Notes: a model not told the origin generated them from the letters alone. Shown: positions 1 through 19,233, numbered from the stretch's first letter. The stretch is 64,000 nucleotides of DNA from Eledone cirrhosa (GCA_964016885.1 OZ024746.1:96658001-96722000); one strand, 5' to 3'. Translations and numbers: made by a program.

Positions 1-1463
<1,463 letters not shown>

Positions 1464-1584
1464 ATATAGACATAGAATATTCGAAAATATTCTGTATGTT
1501 TATAATAAACATTTTGAAGACCTAATCGCTATAGAATAGAATACGTCACGCATTACAATTAGATTCTCGATAAAAGCAAGGGAA

Positions 1585-1627
1585 GTAATCTACGCGTTTC
1601 ATTCTTGTTAGAAATCATCAGGACTAC
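1585..1627 (-). ncRNA. Minimal type I hammerhead ribozyme, copy 1
   Basis: Minus strand GUAGUC-CUGAUGA-UUUCUAACAAGAAU-GAAA-CGCG-UA-GAUUAC; stem I GUAGUC/GAUUAC, palindromic stem III ACGCGU, GUA cleavage triplet; stem I extended by a 16-bp IR (1563-1578/1636-1651). Confidence 0.88.
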
Positions 1628-1894
1628 ATATCCAGTGCTTTTATCGAGAATGACACAGCTAGAGACTTATAGAATACTTAGCTGTGTACAGGAACTGGTT
1701 TGAAAGAGCGGTTGCCGGTCCGGCAGAAATTAGAAATTGGAATAAATGCTCTGAAATAGCGATATATATGTGAATATAGACATAGAATATTCGAAAATAT
1801 TCTGTATGTTTATAATAAACATTTTGAAGACCTAATCGCTATAGAATAGAATACGTCACGCATTACAATTAGATTCTCGATAAAAGCAAGGGAA

Positions 1895-1937
1895 GTAATC
1901 TACGCGTTTCATTCTTGTTAGAAATCATCAGGACTAC
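1895..1937 (-). ncRNA. Minimal type I hammerhead ribozyme, copy 2
   Basis: Identical to copy 1, shifted by 310 bp. Confidence 0.88.
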
Positions 1938-2204
1938 ATATCCAGTGCTTTTATCGAGAATGACACAGCTAGAGACTTATAGAATACTTAGCTGTGTACA
2001 GGAACTGGTTTGAAAGAGCGGTTGCCGGTCCGGCAGAAATTAGAAATTGGAATAAATGCTCTGAAATAGCGATATATATGTGAATATAGACATAGAATAT
2101 TCGAAAATATTCTGTATGTTTATAATAAACATTTTGAAGACCTAATCGCTATAGAATAGAATACGTCACGCATTACAATTAGATTCTCGATAAAAGCAAG
2201 GGAA

Positions 2205-2247
2205 GTAATCTACGCGTTTCATTCTTGTTAGAAATCATCAGGACTAC
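2205..2247 (-). ncRNA. Minimal type I hammerhead ribozyme, copy 3
   Basis: Identical core; the array inverts 2 bp upstream of it. Confidence 0.85.
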
Positions 2248-2486
2248 ATTCTATAGGACGTATTCTATTCTATAGCGATTAGGTCTTCAAAATGTTTATT
2301 ATAAACATACAGAATATTTTCGAATATTCTATGTCTATATTCACATATATATCGCTATTTCAGAGCATTTATTCCAATTTCTAATTTCTGCCGGACCGGC
2401 AACCGCTCTTTCAAACCAGTTCCTGTACACAGCTAAGTATTCTATAAGTCTCTAGCTGTGTCATTCTCGATAAAAGCACTGGATAT

Positions 2487-2529
2487 GTAGTCCTGATGAT
2501 TTCTAACAAGAATGAAACGCGTAGATTAC
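2487..2529 (+). ncRNA. Minimal type I hammerhead ribozyme, copy 4 (inverted arm)
   Basis: GTAGTC CTGATGA TTTCTAACAAGAAT GAAA CGCG TA GATTAC on +. Confidence 0.88.
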
Positions 2530-2799
2530 TTCCCTTGCTTTTATCGAGAATCTAATTGTAATGCGTGACGTATTCTATTCTATAGCGATTAGGTCTTCAA
2601 AATGGTTTATTATAAACATACAGAATATTTTCGAATATTCTATGTCTATATTCACATATATATCGCTAGTTCAGAGCATTTATTCCAATGTTCTAATTTC
2701 TGCCGGACCGGCAACCGCTCTTTCAAACCAGTTCCTGTACACAGCTAAGTATTCTATAAGTCTCTAGCTGTGTCATTCTCGATAAAAGCACTGGATGAT

Positions 2800-2845
2800 G
2801 TAGGTCCTGATGATTGCTAGACAGAGAATGAAACGCGTAGATTAC
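2800..2845 (+). ncRNA. Hammerhead copy 5, with G insertions
   Basis: CTGATGA...GAAACGCGTAGATTAC retained; stems I and II carry extra Gs (likely consensus errors). Confidence 0.7.
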
Positions 2846-2964
2846 TTCCCTTGCTTTTATCGAGAATCTAATTGTAATACGTGACGTATTCTGAGTCTAT
2901 AGCGATTAGGTCTTCAAGAATGTTGATTATAAGACATACAGAATATTTTCGAATATGCTATGTC

Positions 2965-7488
<4,524 letters not shown>

Positions 7489-7720
7489 AAATAAAGTTAA
7501 ATAAAAGTCAAATGATTAAAATTTAGCTTTGTTTATTACTGCTATATATATTTCAGTGACAGCCATCTTTGGCTGTGACCTCTTCAGGCAGTTTGAATTA
7601 GTATGGTATAGACAAGTACATATGTTGTTTAGGTGTATGATATTGTCAATACTCTGATATGCCCAGTTCCTTGCTGGGTTGTTAATTCACTGGGGAACTG
7701 GAGTCATAAACTCAAAATCT
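7489..7720 (-). mobile_element. Penelope-like element 3' fragment in TA microsatellite
   Basis: Minus strand reads [11 protein letters not shown] (resembles the TxxPxGLN end of PLE GIY-YIG domains), then an HHR, then AATAAA. Confidence 0.55.
7538..7592 (-). ncRNA. Minimal type I hammerhead ribozyme
   Basis: ACUGC-CUGAAGA-GGUCACAGCCA(AAGA)UGGCUGUCACU-GAAA-UAUAUA-UA-GCAGU; palindromic stem III AUAUAUAU. Confidence 0.8.
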
Positions 7721-9462
<1,742 letters not shown>

Positions 9463-10799
9463 TTGAGCGAGTGGTGAGATCGCGAATGACCCACTTCCTT
9501 GAGAGTAACAATATGCTGAACTCCAACCAGCATGGATTCCGTAATGGAAGGGATTGCCTGACGCAACTACTGCATCACTTTCATGACATTTTGAGAGCCT
9601 TGGGAGAGGGTTCCAATACTGATGTTATCTACCTTGATTTCAGCAAGGCCTTTGACAGGGTTGATCATAACATTCTACTGAGAAAGCTGTCCAATATTGG
9701 TGTCACTGGAAAGCTGCTGCAGTGGATCAAGAGCTTCCTGTCAAACAGAACCCAACATGTTGTAGTTGAGGGAGTCAAATCAAGCCCAGCCAAAGTCAGT
9801 AGTGGAGTCCCACAAGGCACTGTGTTGGGCCCACTTCTCTTCATCATCTATATTAATGACATCACTGACATCATCAAACACAGCAACATTAAAATTTTCG
9901 CTGATGATTCCAAGCTCCAAAAGGTCATCAATGGCGTGGATGACCGGATAAGCCTTCAGTCAGACCTACTGGCTGTTACCCAATGGGCAGAAAAGAACAA
10001 CATGTTATTGAACGAAGACAAATTCGAACTGATCCACTTTGGAAAAGAGGATGCTCTGAAACTCCCGTACTCCCTTCCCTCCGGGGAAACTCCCGTGGCA
10101 TCTAACAACATCAGAGACTTGGGAGTAACCGTGGACAGCAACATAAGCTGGACCACGCATATAAGCAGCAAAGTTGACATGGCCCGCAGAATGTGTTCCT
10201 GGATCCTGAGAACCTTCCAGTCGAGAGATTCCCGCACCATTATCCTTCTCTTCTCTACTTTCGCCCGACCACACCTTGAATACTGTTGTCCACTGTGGTC
10301 TCCCCACACGAAACAAAGTATCATGAAACTTGAAGCTCCTCAAAGGGCAATCACGAAAAAGATAGATGGCATGTCAGACCTTGACTACTGGGGTCGATTG
10401 GAAAACCTGAAACTTTACTCACTCCAACGTCGCCGTGAGCGTTATATTATCTGCATGATGTGGAAAATGTTCCATCATCACTGCCCAAATGATGTTGGCA
10501 TCGCCTTCAAGATACACCCAAGGCTTGGGCCCCGTGCTATCCGTCCCATTCAAAAATCTAAATCGCAACTCATAACAACAATACGGCACAATTATTTCAC
10601 CTCAATCGGCCCCTGCTCTCTTCAACATCACACCAGGACACGTCAAAACAGAAACTGACCACACAAAATTCAAGAAGTCTTTGGACAAATTCCTCCAAGT
10701 AATCCCGGACAAACCACCCACACCCGGATATGTCTCCGCAAACAGTAATTCTCTTCTCGAATGGGCCATGGTGCCCAAATCCTGAATTGAAAGACTTCG
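9463..10799 (+). mobile_element. 5'-truncated CR1-group LINE, ORF2 reverse transcriptase
   Basis: [42 protein letters not shown] and RPHLEYC motifs; +1 frameshift in a C run near 10612, true stop about 10785; runs into the gap. Confidence 0.93.
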
Positions 10800-10999
10800 N
10801 NNNNNNNNNNNNNNNNNNNNNNNNNNNNNNNNNNNNNNNNNNNNNNNNNNNNNNNNNNNNNNNNNNNNNNNNNNNNNNNNNNNNNNNNNNNNNNNNNNNN
10901 NNNNNNNNNNNNNNNNNNNNNNNNNNNNNNNNNNNNNNNNNNNNNNNNNNNNNNNNNNNNNNNNNNNNNNNNNNNNNNNNNNNNNNNNNNNNNNNNNNN
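10800..10999. other. Assembly gap (200 N)
   Basis: N run. Confidence 1.
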
Positions 11000-11029
11000 C
11001 AGTAGGCATCACTAACAAATATTAATTGT

Positions 11030-11245
11030 AAACCTTTAAAATGAGTGACTTTATTTCATAGAACCAGAGCTGGTTTTGGTCAGATTGGTAACTAAAGGGT
11101 TAACATTAACCTTTCATGATCAAATTTCTAATGAAATACACTCTATTTCAATTAATTAATGAAGAATTCTGAGGGATTTATTAAAATTATTAATTATTTC
11201 ATTCGTAAGATAGTAACTTATTGTAAGGTTCTTAAATAAAATTAT
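11030..11245. mobile_element. piggyBac-like MITE fragments (family 2)
   Basis: AAAGGGTTAA and TTAACCTTT ends; internal sequence shared with 14289-14678, 46001-46236 and 52551-52998. Confidence 0.6.
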
Positions 11246-11930
11246 GGATGAAAGACAAAGTTAACCTTGGTGGGATTTGAACTCTGAATGGAAAGGACTG
11301 TAACTATATGCCACAAAGAATGTTGTCTGACGCTCTACCGATTCGACCAATCCACTGCCCTTTCAGATTAATAATGGTTTCTACTTTAGACATAAGGACA
11401 GCAAGGAGAGGGGAAAGTCGATTAATTTGACCCCATAAGGATAAAGGCAAAACTAACCTTGGTGGGATTTGAACTCAGAATGGAAAAGGCCATATCTATA
11501 TGCCACGAAGCATGTTGTCTGACGCTCAACCGATTTTACCAATCAACTTTGAGATTAATAATTCTTTTTATTTTTGGCACAAGGCCAGCAATTACCTCAG
11601 TGTATTACTGGGACTTTATTTTATTGACCCCCGTAAGGATGAAAGGCAAAGTTAATCTCGGAGGGATTTGGACTCGGAACGTAAAGGGCCGTAACTATGC
11701 CACAAAGCATGTTGTCTGATGCTCTACCGATTCAGCCAATCCACTGCCCTTATCATCCAATAATAATTGTTTCTACTTTTGGCACAAGGCCAGCAATTAC
11801 CCCAGTGTACGACTGGGACTTTATTTTATTGACCCCGCAAGGATGAAAGGCAAAGTTAACCGCAGTGGGATTTGAACTCAGATCATAAAGGGCTGTAACT
11901 ATGCTGCAAAGCATGGCATTTGACCCTCAA
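11246..11930 (-). mobile_element. Cluster of four tRNA-derived SINEs (octopus OK-like, Nin-like domain)
   Basis: B-box GAGTTCAAATCC, GCCTTTCATCCTTACGGGGTCAATAAAAT domain and CCTTGTGCCAAAAGTAGAAACAATTATTA tail on -. Confidence 0.8.
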
Positions 11931-12082
11931 AACTGATTCCCTGTACTCTGAATCTCTGAGTATATATGAATCAATAAAGATTAAATAACTCTAGTGGACC
12001 TACTCAGAGTATAAATGTTCCTGTAAAAGGAACAAAGTTACACTTACCATATATGTATGATACATTCCTAGTGTGTGTCTGG

Positions 12083-12268
12083 TTTAACTCTTTAGCATTT
12101 AAACTGGCTGTAACCAGCCACTCATACTGATGTTAAGATATTGTTCTTAAAATAAATGATATCAAAATCTCATAGATTCAATATTATGTGAGATAATTAT
12201 GTAGGATAAAGTGTTTACCATGAAAATACAACAGTAAATATAGAGTAATGTAAATACTAAAGGGTTAA
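12083..12268. mobile_element. piggyBac-like MITE (family 1)
   Basis: TTAAC(T/C)CTTTAGCATTTA ... TAAATACTAAAGGGTTAA; more than 12 copies in the window. Confidence 0.75.
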
Positions 12269-12320
12269 AATAGATACACTGTATCCCTGTGTGCAGAGCT
12301 GGTGCCCGGGTATTTGGAAC

Positions 12321-14020
12321 TCTAAGCTGACTCTACAATGTGCACCTCAGTATGTAGAACCCTTAGCTAGCTCTACAATGTGTACCTCAGTATGTAGAAC
12401 CCTTAGCTAGCTCTACAATGTGTACCTCAGTATGTAGAACCCTTAGCTAGCTCTACAATGTGCACCTCAGTATGTAGAACCCTTAGCTAGCTCTACAATG
12501 TGTACCTTAGTATGTAGAACCCTTAGCTAGCTCTACAATGTGTACCTCAGTATGTAGAACCCTTAGCTGACTCTACAATGTGCACCTCAGTATGTAGAAC
12601 CCTTAGCTAGCTCTACAATGTGCACCTCAGTATGTAGAACCCTTAGCTGACTCTACAATGTGCACCTCAGTATGTAGAACCCTTAGCTAGCTCTACAATG
12701 TGCACCTCAGTATGTAGAACCCTTAGCTGACTCTACAATGTGTACCTCAATATGTAGAACCCTTAGCTAGCTCTACAATGTGCACCTCAGTATGTAGAAC
12801 CCTTAGCTAGCTCTACAATGTGCACCTCAGTATGTAGAACCCTTAGCTAGCTCTACAATGTGCACCTCAGTATGTAGAACCCTTAGCTAGCTCTACAATG
12901 TGTACCTCAGTATGTAGAACCCTTAGCTGACTCTACAATGTGTACCTCAGTATGTAGAACCCTTAGCTGACTCTACAATGTGTACCTCAATATGTAGAAC
13001 CCTTAGCTAGCTCTACAATGTGTACCTCAGTATGTAGAACCCTTAGCTAGCTCTACAATGTGTACCTCAGTATGTAGAACCCTTAGCTAGCTCTACAATG
13101 TGTACCTCAATATGTAGAACCCTTAGCTGACTCTACAATGTGTACCTCAGTATGTAGAACCCTTAGCTAGCTCTACAATGTGTACCTCAGTATGTAGAAC
13201 CCTTAGCTGACTCTACAATGTGTACCTCAGTATGTAGAACCCTTAGCTGACTCTACAATGTGTACCTCAGTATGTAGAACCCTTAGCTAGCTCTACAATG
13301 TGTACCTCAGTATGTAGAACCCTTAGCTAGCTCTACAATGTGTACCTCAATATGTAGAACCCTTAGCTAGCTCTACAATGTGTACCTCAATATGTAGAAC
13401 CCTTAGCTAGCTCTACAATGTGTACCTCAGTATGTAGAACCCTTAGCTAGCTCTACAATGTGTACCTCAGTATGTAGAACCCTTAGCTGACTCTACAATG
13501 TGTACCTCAGTATGTAGAACCCTTAGCTAGCTCTACAATGTGTACCTCAGTATGTAGAACCCTTAGCTAGCTCTACAATGTGTACCTCAGTATGTAGAAC
13601 CCTTAGCTAGCTCTACAATGTGTACCTCAGTATGTAGAACCCTTAGCTGACTCTTCAATGTGTACCTCAGTATGTAGAACCCTTAGCTAGCTCTACAATG
13701 TGTACCTCAGTATGTAGAACCCTTAGCTAGCTCTACAATGTGTACCTCAGTATGTAGAACCCTTAGCTAGCTCTACAATGTGTACCTCAGTATGTAGAAC
13801 CCTTAGCTAGCTCTACAATGTGTACCTCAGTATGTAGAACCCTTAGCTGACTCTACAATGTGTACCTCAGTATGTAGAACCCCTAGCTAGCTCTACAATG
13901 TGTACCTCAGTATGTAGAACCCTTAGCTAGCTCTACAATGTGTACCTCAGTATGTAGAACCCTTAGCTGACTCTACAATGTGTACCTCAGTATGTAGAAC
14001 CCTTAGCTAGCTCTACAATG
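12321..14020. repeat. 40-bp minisatellite, about 42 copies
   Basis: Unit CCTTAGCTAGCTCTACAATGTGTACCTCAGTATGTAGAAC with few variant sites. Confidence 0.98.
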
Positions 14021-14288
14021 TATGCCTTCCTTCTCCCAAATAAAAGAATTTAGTTTAGCAAGCTGAGAAACCCAGTTTTTGATACTTCTTGCTTTCAACA
14101 CACTAAAAACATTACTACGCCTACATTATTCAGGACACAGTCCACGCACACCCATGCCAAATCTTGTGGCAGGTCATAACAAAATACAACCTTCATTGTT
14201 GCTATGGATATTTCCATGACACAGCTATGCAGCAAAGCTGTTTAGTGATTTTTTTTTTATTGATCAAAGGAAATTAATATATATATAT

Positions 14289-14678
14289 TTAACCCTTTCA
14301 TGACCACATTTCTAATGAAATACACTATTTTAACCCTTTAGCATTTCAACTGGCCATAATTCTCTCACCTCTTTCTGTTCCTGGCTGCTCATCCAACATA
14401 AATGATATCAAAATCTCATAGATTTTATATTATGTGAAATAAAGCTTTTACCATGAAAATATGATATTATGCGAAATAAAGCCTTTACCATGAAAATATG
14501 ATAGTAAATATAGAGTATTGTAAATGCTAAAGGGTTAATTAATTAATGAAGAATTTTGAGGGATTTACTAAAATTATTAATTATTCATTACTAAGATAGT
14601 AACTTAATTATATAAAATGGGTGGTTTTATTTCATAGAATCAAAGCCGGTTTTGACCGAGCTGGTAACTAAAGGGTTA
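14289..14678. mobile_element. Family 2 piggyBac-like MITE with a family 1 MITE nested at TTAA (14330-14538)
   Basis: Two nested TTAACCCTTT...AAAGGGTTAA pairs. Confidence 0.75.
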
Positions 14679-14928
14679 AGTTAATCATATAAATTTGTAT
14701 AAAACTGTGATCCTTCAAGGTTCGTTAATGTGCCTCTCTTAGGTCTACACCATATGCAACTATCTAGTTGGCCTTCAACACTCAGTATCCCTGTGTTGTA
14801 AGAGGCACCTAAAAGTGTTGGCAACAGAAAAGGTATTTGGTCATAAAACATTGCTTCGAAAAGGACCCCATTGTGTTTATGAAGACTGCCAAGCGATTCA
14901 CAAGTCTAACCCCTGTTCTTGAACTGCC

Positions 14929-15430
14929 TTAAACCTTTAGCATTTACATTATAGATACTATTGTATTTTTGTGGTAAAGGCTTTACCTCACATGATATCG
15001 AATCTACGAGATTTTGATGTTATTTATTTTGAGAACAATACCTTAACGTCAGTATGAGTGACCAATTATGACTGGTTTGAACAGAAAGAGGTGAGAGAAT
15101 TCTGGTCGGACACAGCTGGTTTAAATGCTAAAGGGTTAAAACATCCCATCTAACCCATACCAACATGGAAAAGGCAATGTTGAGGTGATGTATCTCTGAA
15201 GCTATCATAAATCTGATAGAGTTAACCCTCTAGCATTTACATTACTCTATATTTACTATTTTATTTTTGTGGTAAAGGCTTTACTTCACCCAATATCGAA
15301 TCTATGAGATTTTGATATTATTTATTTTGAGAACAATATCTTAACATCAGAATGAGTGGCCCATTATGGCCGGTTTGAACAGAAAGAGGTGAGAGAATTC
15401 TGGCCAGATATGGCTGGTTTAAACGTTAAA
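14929..15430. mobile_element. Two family 1 piggyBac-like MITEs (about 14929-15138 and 15222-15430)
   Basis: TIRs and shared GAACAGAAAGAGGTGAGAGAATTCTGG core. Confidence 0.75.
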
Positions 15431-15472
15431 ACTCTTCTTGTCATCTACAATTCAACATTCATAATAGAGTTA

Positions 15473-15695
15473 TTGATAATGGTTTCTGATTTAGGCACAA
15501 GACCAACAATTTGGGGAAGGAAAACTCGATTAAATTGACCTCAGTGTGTGACTAGTACTTTATTTTATCGACCCTGTAAGGATGAAAGGCAAAGCTAACC
15601 GTGGCAAGATTTGAACTCAGAACGTAAATGGCCGTAACTCTATGCCACGAAGCAAGGTGCCCGACGCTCTACCACTACTGCCAATCCACCACCCT
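15473..15695 (-). mobile_element. tRNA-derived SINE (OK-like)
   Basis: Same motifs as the 11246 cluster. Confidence 0.8.
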
Positions 15696-16204
15696 AATAA
15701 AGTTATTAATAATAATTAGATTCTTTGAAAAATTGAATCTACACAAAATAAGAATAATCTAATTCCTGAAATAGATCTAATATTAACCCTTTCCTGCTAT
15801 ATTTCTAATAAAAGATACTGCCTACGTACGATTCTTATATCTTATCAGTGTGAGATATATTGGTAATTATTGAAGTAATGAATGTTTTATAACCTTTTGT
15901 TCATTTCCAAGTATTTTTGCTGACTTCCAAATATATTTCAACATGTCAATTCTTAACCCCTTTTGCTAACATATTTCTAATAAAAAAAAAACATTGCCTA
16001 TGATTTTCAAATAATTTTGAAAATAATCAAAATTTTGGAGGAATTCAGCAATATAAATTTCTCATTATTAAGTAGGTGTTTGGAAAATAACTTAACAAAA
16101 GTTCTTACATAAAAAAAGGTTTTAGATAAATATGAACATTTTGAGACAATCAGTTTTGTATTTGTAGAAACAGGAGCAACTTCAGAATTAAAGGGGGTCA
16201 ATCA

Positions 16205-16700
16205 CTCGTCTTCTTCCCTCACTTACTCCTGAGAGGGTCGTGGGGCAGAGTCCTCAAACACTCCTTCCAGCAGGTTCTGTCAGAAACAACCGTCTCCAAC
16301 TGATCTGGCTGGATCCACAAACGAGACCAGCCAAGATCATGGATGTTATCCAACCATCTTGCTCGGGGTCTACTCCTGGGTCTCTTGCTAGTTGGTTTTG
16401 CCAGTAAAATCTGTCCAGTGATTCTTTCCTGAGACATTCTAACCACATGCCCATAGTATCGGAGCTGTGATCTCTCAATTTGGAGAAGTAGCAGCTCTAC
16501 CTGGACTAACTATCTGATCGCTGAGCTACACACTCTATCAAGACCCTTTGAAGGAACCCCATTTTGGCCACTTGTATTAACGATTGTATTCTTTCAGTCA
16601 TTACCCAAGATTCATGACCAGAGGTAAGGGTTGGCACAAATACCAAATTGAAGACGAGTTTGGCTTTTACACCTACCTCCCTTCTGATTACCGAATGTAA
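16205..16700 (-). mobile_element. RTE-clade LINE 3' fragment
   Basis: YYGHVVRMSQERITGQILLAKPTSKRPRSRPRARWLDNI. Confidence 0.8.
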
Positions 16701-16914
16701 AAGAAAATCCCTTCAAAACGTCTGAGGCCAAATTCCTCTTTAACTACATCATCATCATCGTTTATATGTCCACTTCTTCCATGTTAGTATGGGTTGGATG
16801 CGATTTCTTAAAGCCAATATCAATATGTATTTTAAAGGTGGATACTCTTCCCGATGCCAGACCTTGTTGATAAGATACATTATTCTTTATTTGTGTATGA
16901 TGATTATATAAGAG

Positions 16915-17051
16915 ACTAGCTGACCCTGTGCTGTCAAAAATGACAGCTAAAGGGTAGATGTGTATTTGTGTATACCTTTCAACTGCGGTCGTTTTATATT
17001 CTTGATAATTTTAATTTATTTCGATATTGCTAGGGACTTGGTTCCTTGGAC

Positions 17052-17087
<36 letters not shown>

Positions 17088-17132
17088 AACACACTCACAC
17101 ACACAAAAGTGTAGCCATTCTAAGGACGCTAG
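16915..17132 (+). mobile_element. Possible non-autonomous Helitron/Helentron-like element
   Basis: ACTAGC...GCTAGT ends, subterminal hairpin GCTGTCA-AAAA-TGACAGC, internal (CA)n. Confidence 0.4.
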
Positions 17133-17269
17133 TTTAAAATAATTATTACATACACACTACTACTGTGATGCTAGACTCCGCCAGTTGCAGAATGCGCATC
17201 AAATTTTCTCCACAATGTTCGATCACCAACAGCAGAGTTTAAAGAGCAAAGATCAAGTCCAGTCCATAA

Positions 17270-17464
17270 GTGGCTGTATCCGGCCAGAATTCTCTCATCT
17301 CTTTCTGTTCAAACAGGCCATAACCGGCCCCTCATACTGATGTTAGGTTTTGTTCTCAAAATAATTGATATCAAAATCTCATAGATTCGATATTATGTGA
17401 GGTAAAGACTTTACCGTGAAAATACAAAAGTAAATATAGAGTAATGTAAATGCTAAAGGGTTAA
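17270..17464. mobile_element. Family 1 piggyBac-like MITE
   Basis: Core plus TAAATGCTAAAGGGTTAA end. Confidence 0.7.
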
Positions 17465-17574
17465 ATGGTTGTTCAACTATAATAGAGATGTGGTATAAAA
17501 TCCATTGTTCTAAATTTCCTTAAATTTTGAAACCAATAAACTTTTTTTTTAGCTTTTGTCATTTGAGAGATACA

Positions 17575-17772
17575 GGGAGCCTAGGGCATGACAGTAATGG
17601 TGCTGCACCCTGCAGACAAGATAAGACTCCAAAAGCATTCCCGCGGACAATGGCCAGTGACAAACAATCTGATTTCACAGAGGAGGTCTGCTGTCCAGGG
17701 TACAAGGGCGCCTGAGGTCTCGGCGGTGGCCAGGGCAAAAAGGAAGCAGTCAGGCAAGCTCCAGTAACTCAA
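17575..17772 (-). mobile_element. CRE-clade LINE 3' fragment (restriction-like endonuclease C-terminus)
   Basis: FLFALATAETSGALVP...LSLAIVRGNAFGVL; paralogous to 26290-26500. Confidence 0.7.
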
Positions 17773-17773
17773 T

Positions 17774-18002
17774 TTAACCCTTTATCATTTACATTACTCT
17801 GTATTTACTATTGCAGTTTTACAGTAAAGGCTTTATATTACATAATTATCTCACATAATATCGAATCTATGAGATTTTGATATTATTTATTTTGAGAACA
17901 ATACCTTAATATAAGTGTGAGCAGCCAGTTACAGCCAGTTTGAACAGAAAGAGGTGAGAGAATTCTGGCCAGATATAGCCAGTTTAAATGTTAAAGTATT
18001 AA
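17774..18002. mobile_element. Family 1 piggyBac-like MITE
   Basis: TTAACCCTTT start and shared core. Confidence 0.75.
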
Positions 18003-18406
18003 TGTAGTTTTGGGGAGCAGGTCCACTCATAACGAAGTTCTTATCATTGTTGATGGTTCACCTTAGTGATGTATCAGTTGATGCCTATGAGGATGCTTAG
18101 TTATTCCAGCATCTTAGCCATGCTAACAGCTGAGTCAATGCTGCATGTGTTTGCCTGCCTCGAAAATTATTAGTGACATTTGTGATGGTGTAACACCATT
18201 TGTGGTATACAATCGAGTGTGTCTTCTCTTACTTGTTTATTTGTATGCATTCTATTGAAATAAGTATGTTAGTAATCCATATCTTAAAGTGTTTACACTT
18301 CACAGTTAATTCTTTCCACAAGCTAAACTTTCAAATATACGTTGTGTTTTATCATAGAGAGAGAGAGAGAGAGAGAGTGGTGGTGGTGGTGGTGGTGGGG
18401 GGGGGG

Positions 18407-18580
18407 GCGTTAGAAGGTCGGATAGAATGATTTGCGGTATTCGTTCTGGCTCTCTGGAAGAAATCTGTTGTACCCAGGCCTGAAGAAGGATGGGCTCCGC
18501 CAGGCTTAAAATACCCAAGAAACGTTGTATATCAATACGGCACCCCTACGACTCTATATCAGGAGTTACGGGACCCTACT
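18407..18580 (+). mobile_element. Internally deleted SINE of the CRE-tailed family
   Basis: Partial tRNA head joined to TCTCTGGAAGAAATCTG...GGATGGGCTCC body shared with 38170 and 26600. Confidence 0.55.
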
Positions 18581-18591
18581 ATATATATATA

Positions 18592-18717
18592 CACTTTGGG
18601 CGGGTCATAAATAAACAACCATCCGGTTATTAAACCAACTAACTGGAAATTTGTAATAAATTGAAGTGAAAACCAACAGGTGTGTCTTTTTATTTGAAGC
18701 GTGACCCTCCCAAAGTA
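18592..18717. mobile_element. TA-flanked MITE
   Basis: CACTTTGGGCGGGTCA ... TGACCCTCCCAAAGTA imperfect TIRs. Confidence 0.55.
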
Positions 18718-19116
18718 TAAAAATATGTTTCACAACACGTTTTCAGATAAGAAATCTTGCAAAGGAAATAGAAAAACGAAGTGTATATATATATATATAT
18801 GTGTGTGTGTGTATGCGTTATATAGAAAGATTATACTCTCCATAATTGTGATAACAATTTAGTAAAATAAAACAAATTAAAAACTATCGCAGGAAATTGT
18901 ATATAATTGTTTCTTCCCTCTATCCTTATATGTATTGTTGTTTTAGGAACATTGTTTTGTTCTAAGAACTTTCATATTCATCCATCAGTGTGTCTCATAG
19001 TTTACCACTAAACCTTGGCTATCCTACCGTCATATATTTATCTCTGTCTGCAATCGTACGTACACACATAGACTCAATTTTTAAGGCTAAATAGTGAGTT
19101 TTGTTACTCTAGAGTA

Positions 19117-19233
19117 ACAATTGTTTCTACTTTTGGCACAAGGCCAGCAATTATCCCAGTGCATTACGGGTACTTTATTTTATCGACCCCGTAAGGATGA
19201 AAGGCAAAGTTAACCTCGGCGGGATTTGAACTC
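19117..19233 (-). mobile_element. 5'-truncated OK-like SINE
   Basis: Tail, Nin-like domain and B-box. Confidence 0.8.

Larger units (their letters stand above)
1464..2964. mobile_element. 310-bp hammerhead-containing tandem array (non-LTR retrozyme / Penelope pLTR-like): about 2.5 copies on - (1464-2249) and about 2.3 inverted copies on + (2257-2964)
   Basis: CATAGAATAT recurs at 1471, 1781 and 2091 (period 310); reverse-complement copies start at 2257, 2567 and 2883; each full unit has an HHR; flanked by TA microsatellite. Confidence 0.85.

Noticed and set aside
9471-10658. Active full-length LINE gene
   Set aside because: It is 5'-truncated (no endonuclease or ORF1) and frameshifted near 10612, possibly a homopolymer error.
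12321-14020. CRISPR-like regular array
   Set aside because: No unique spacers and no cas genes; eukaryotic context.
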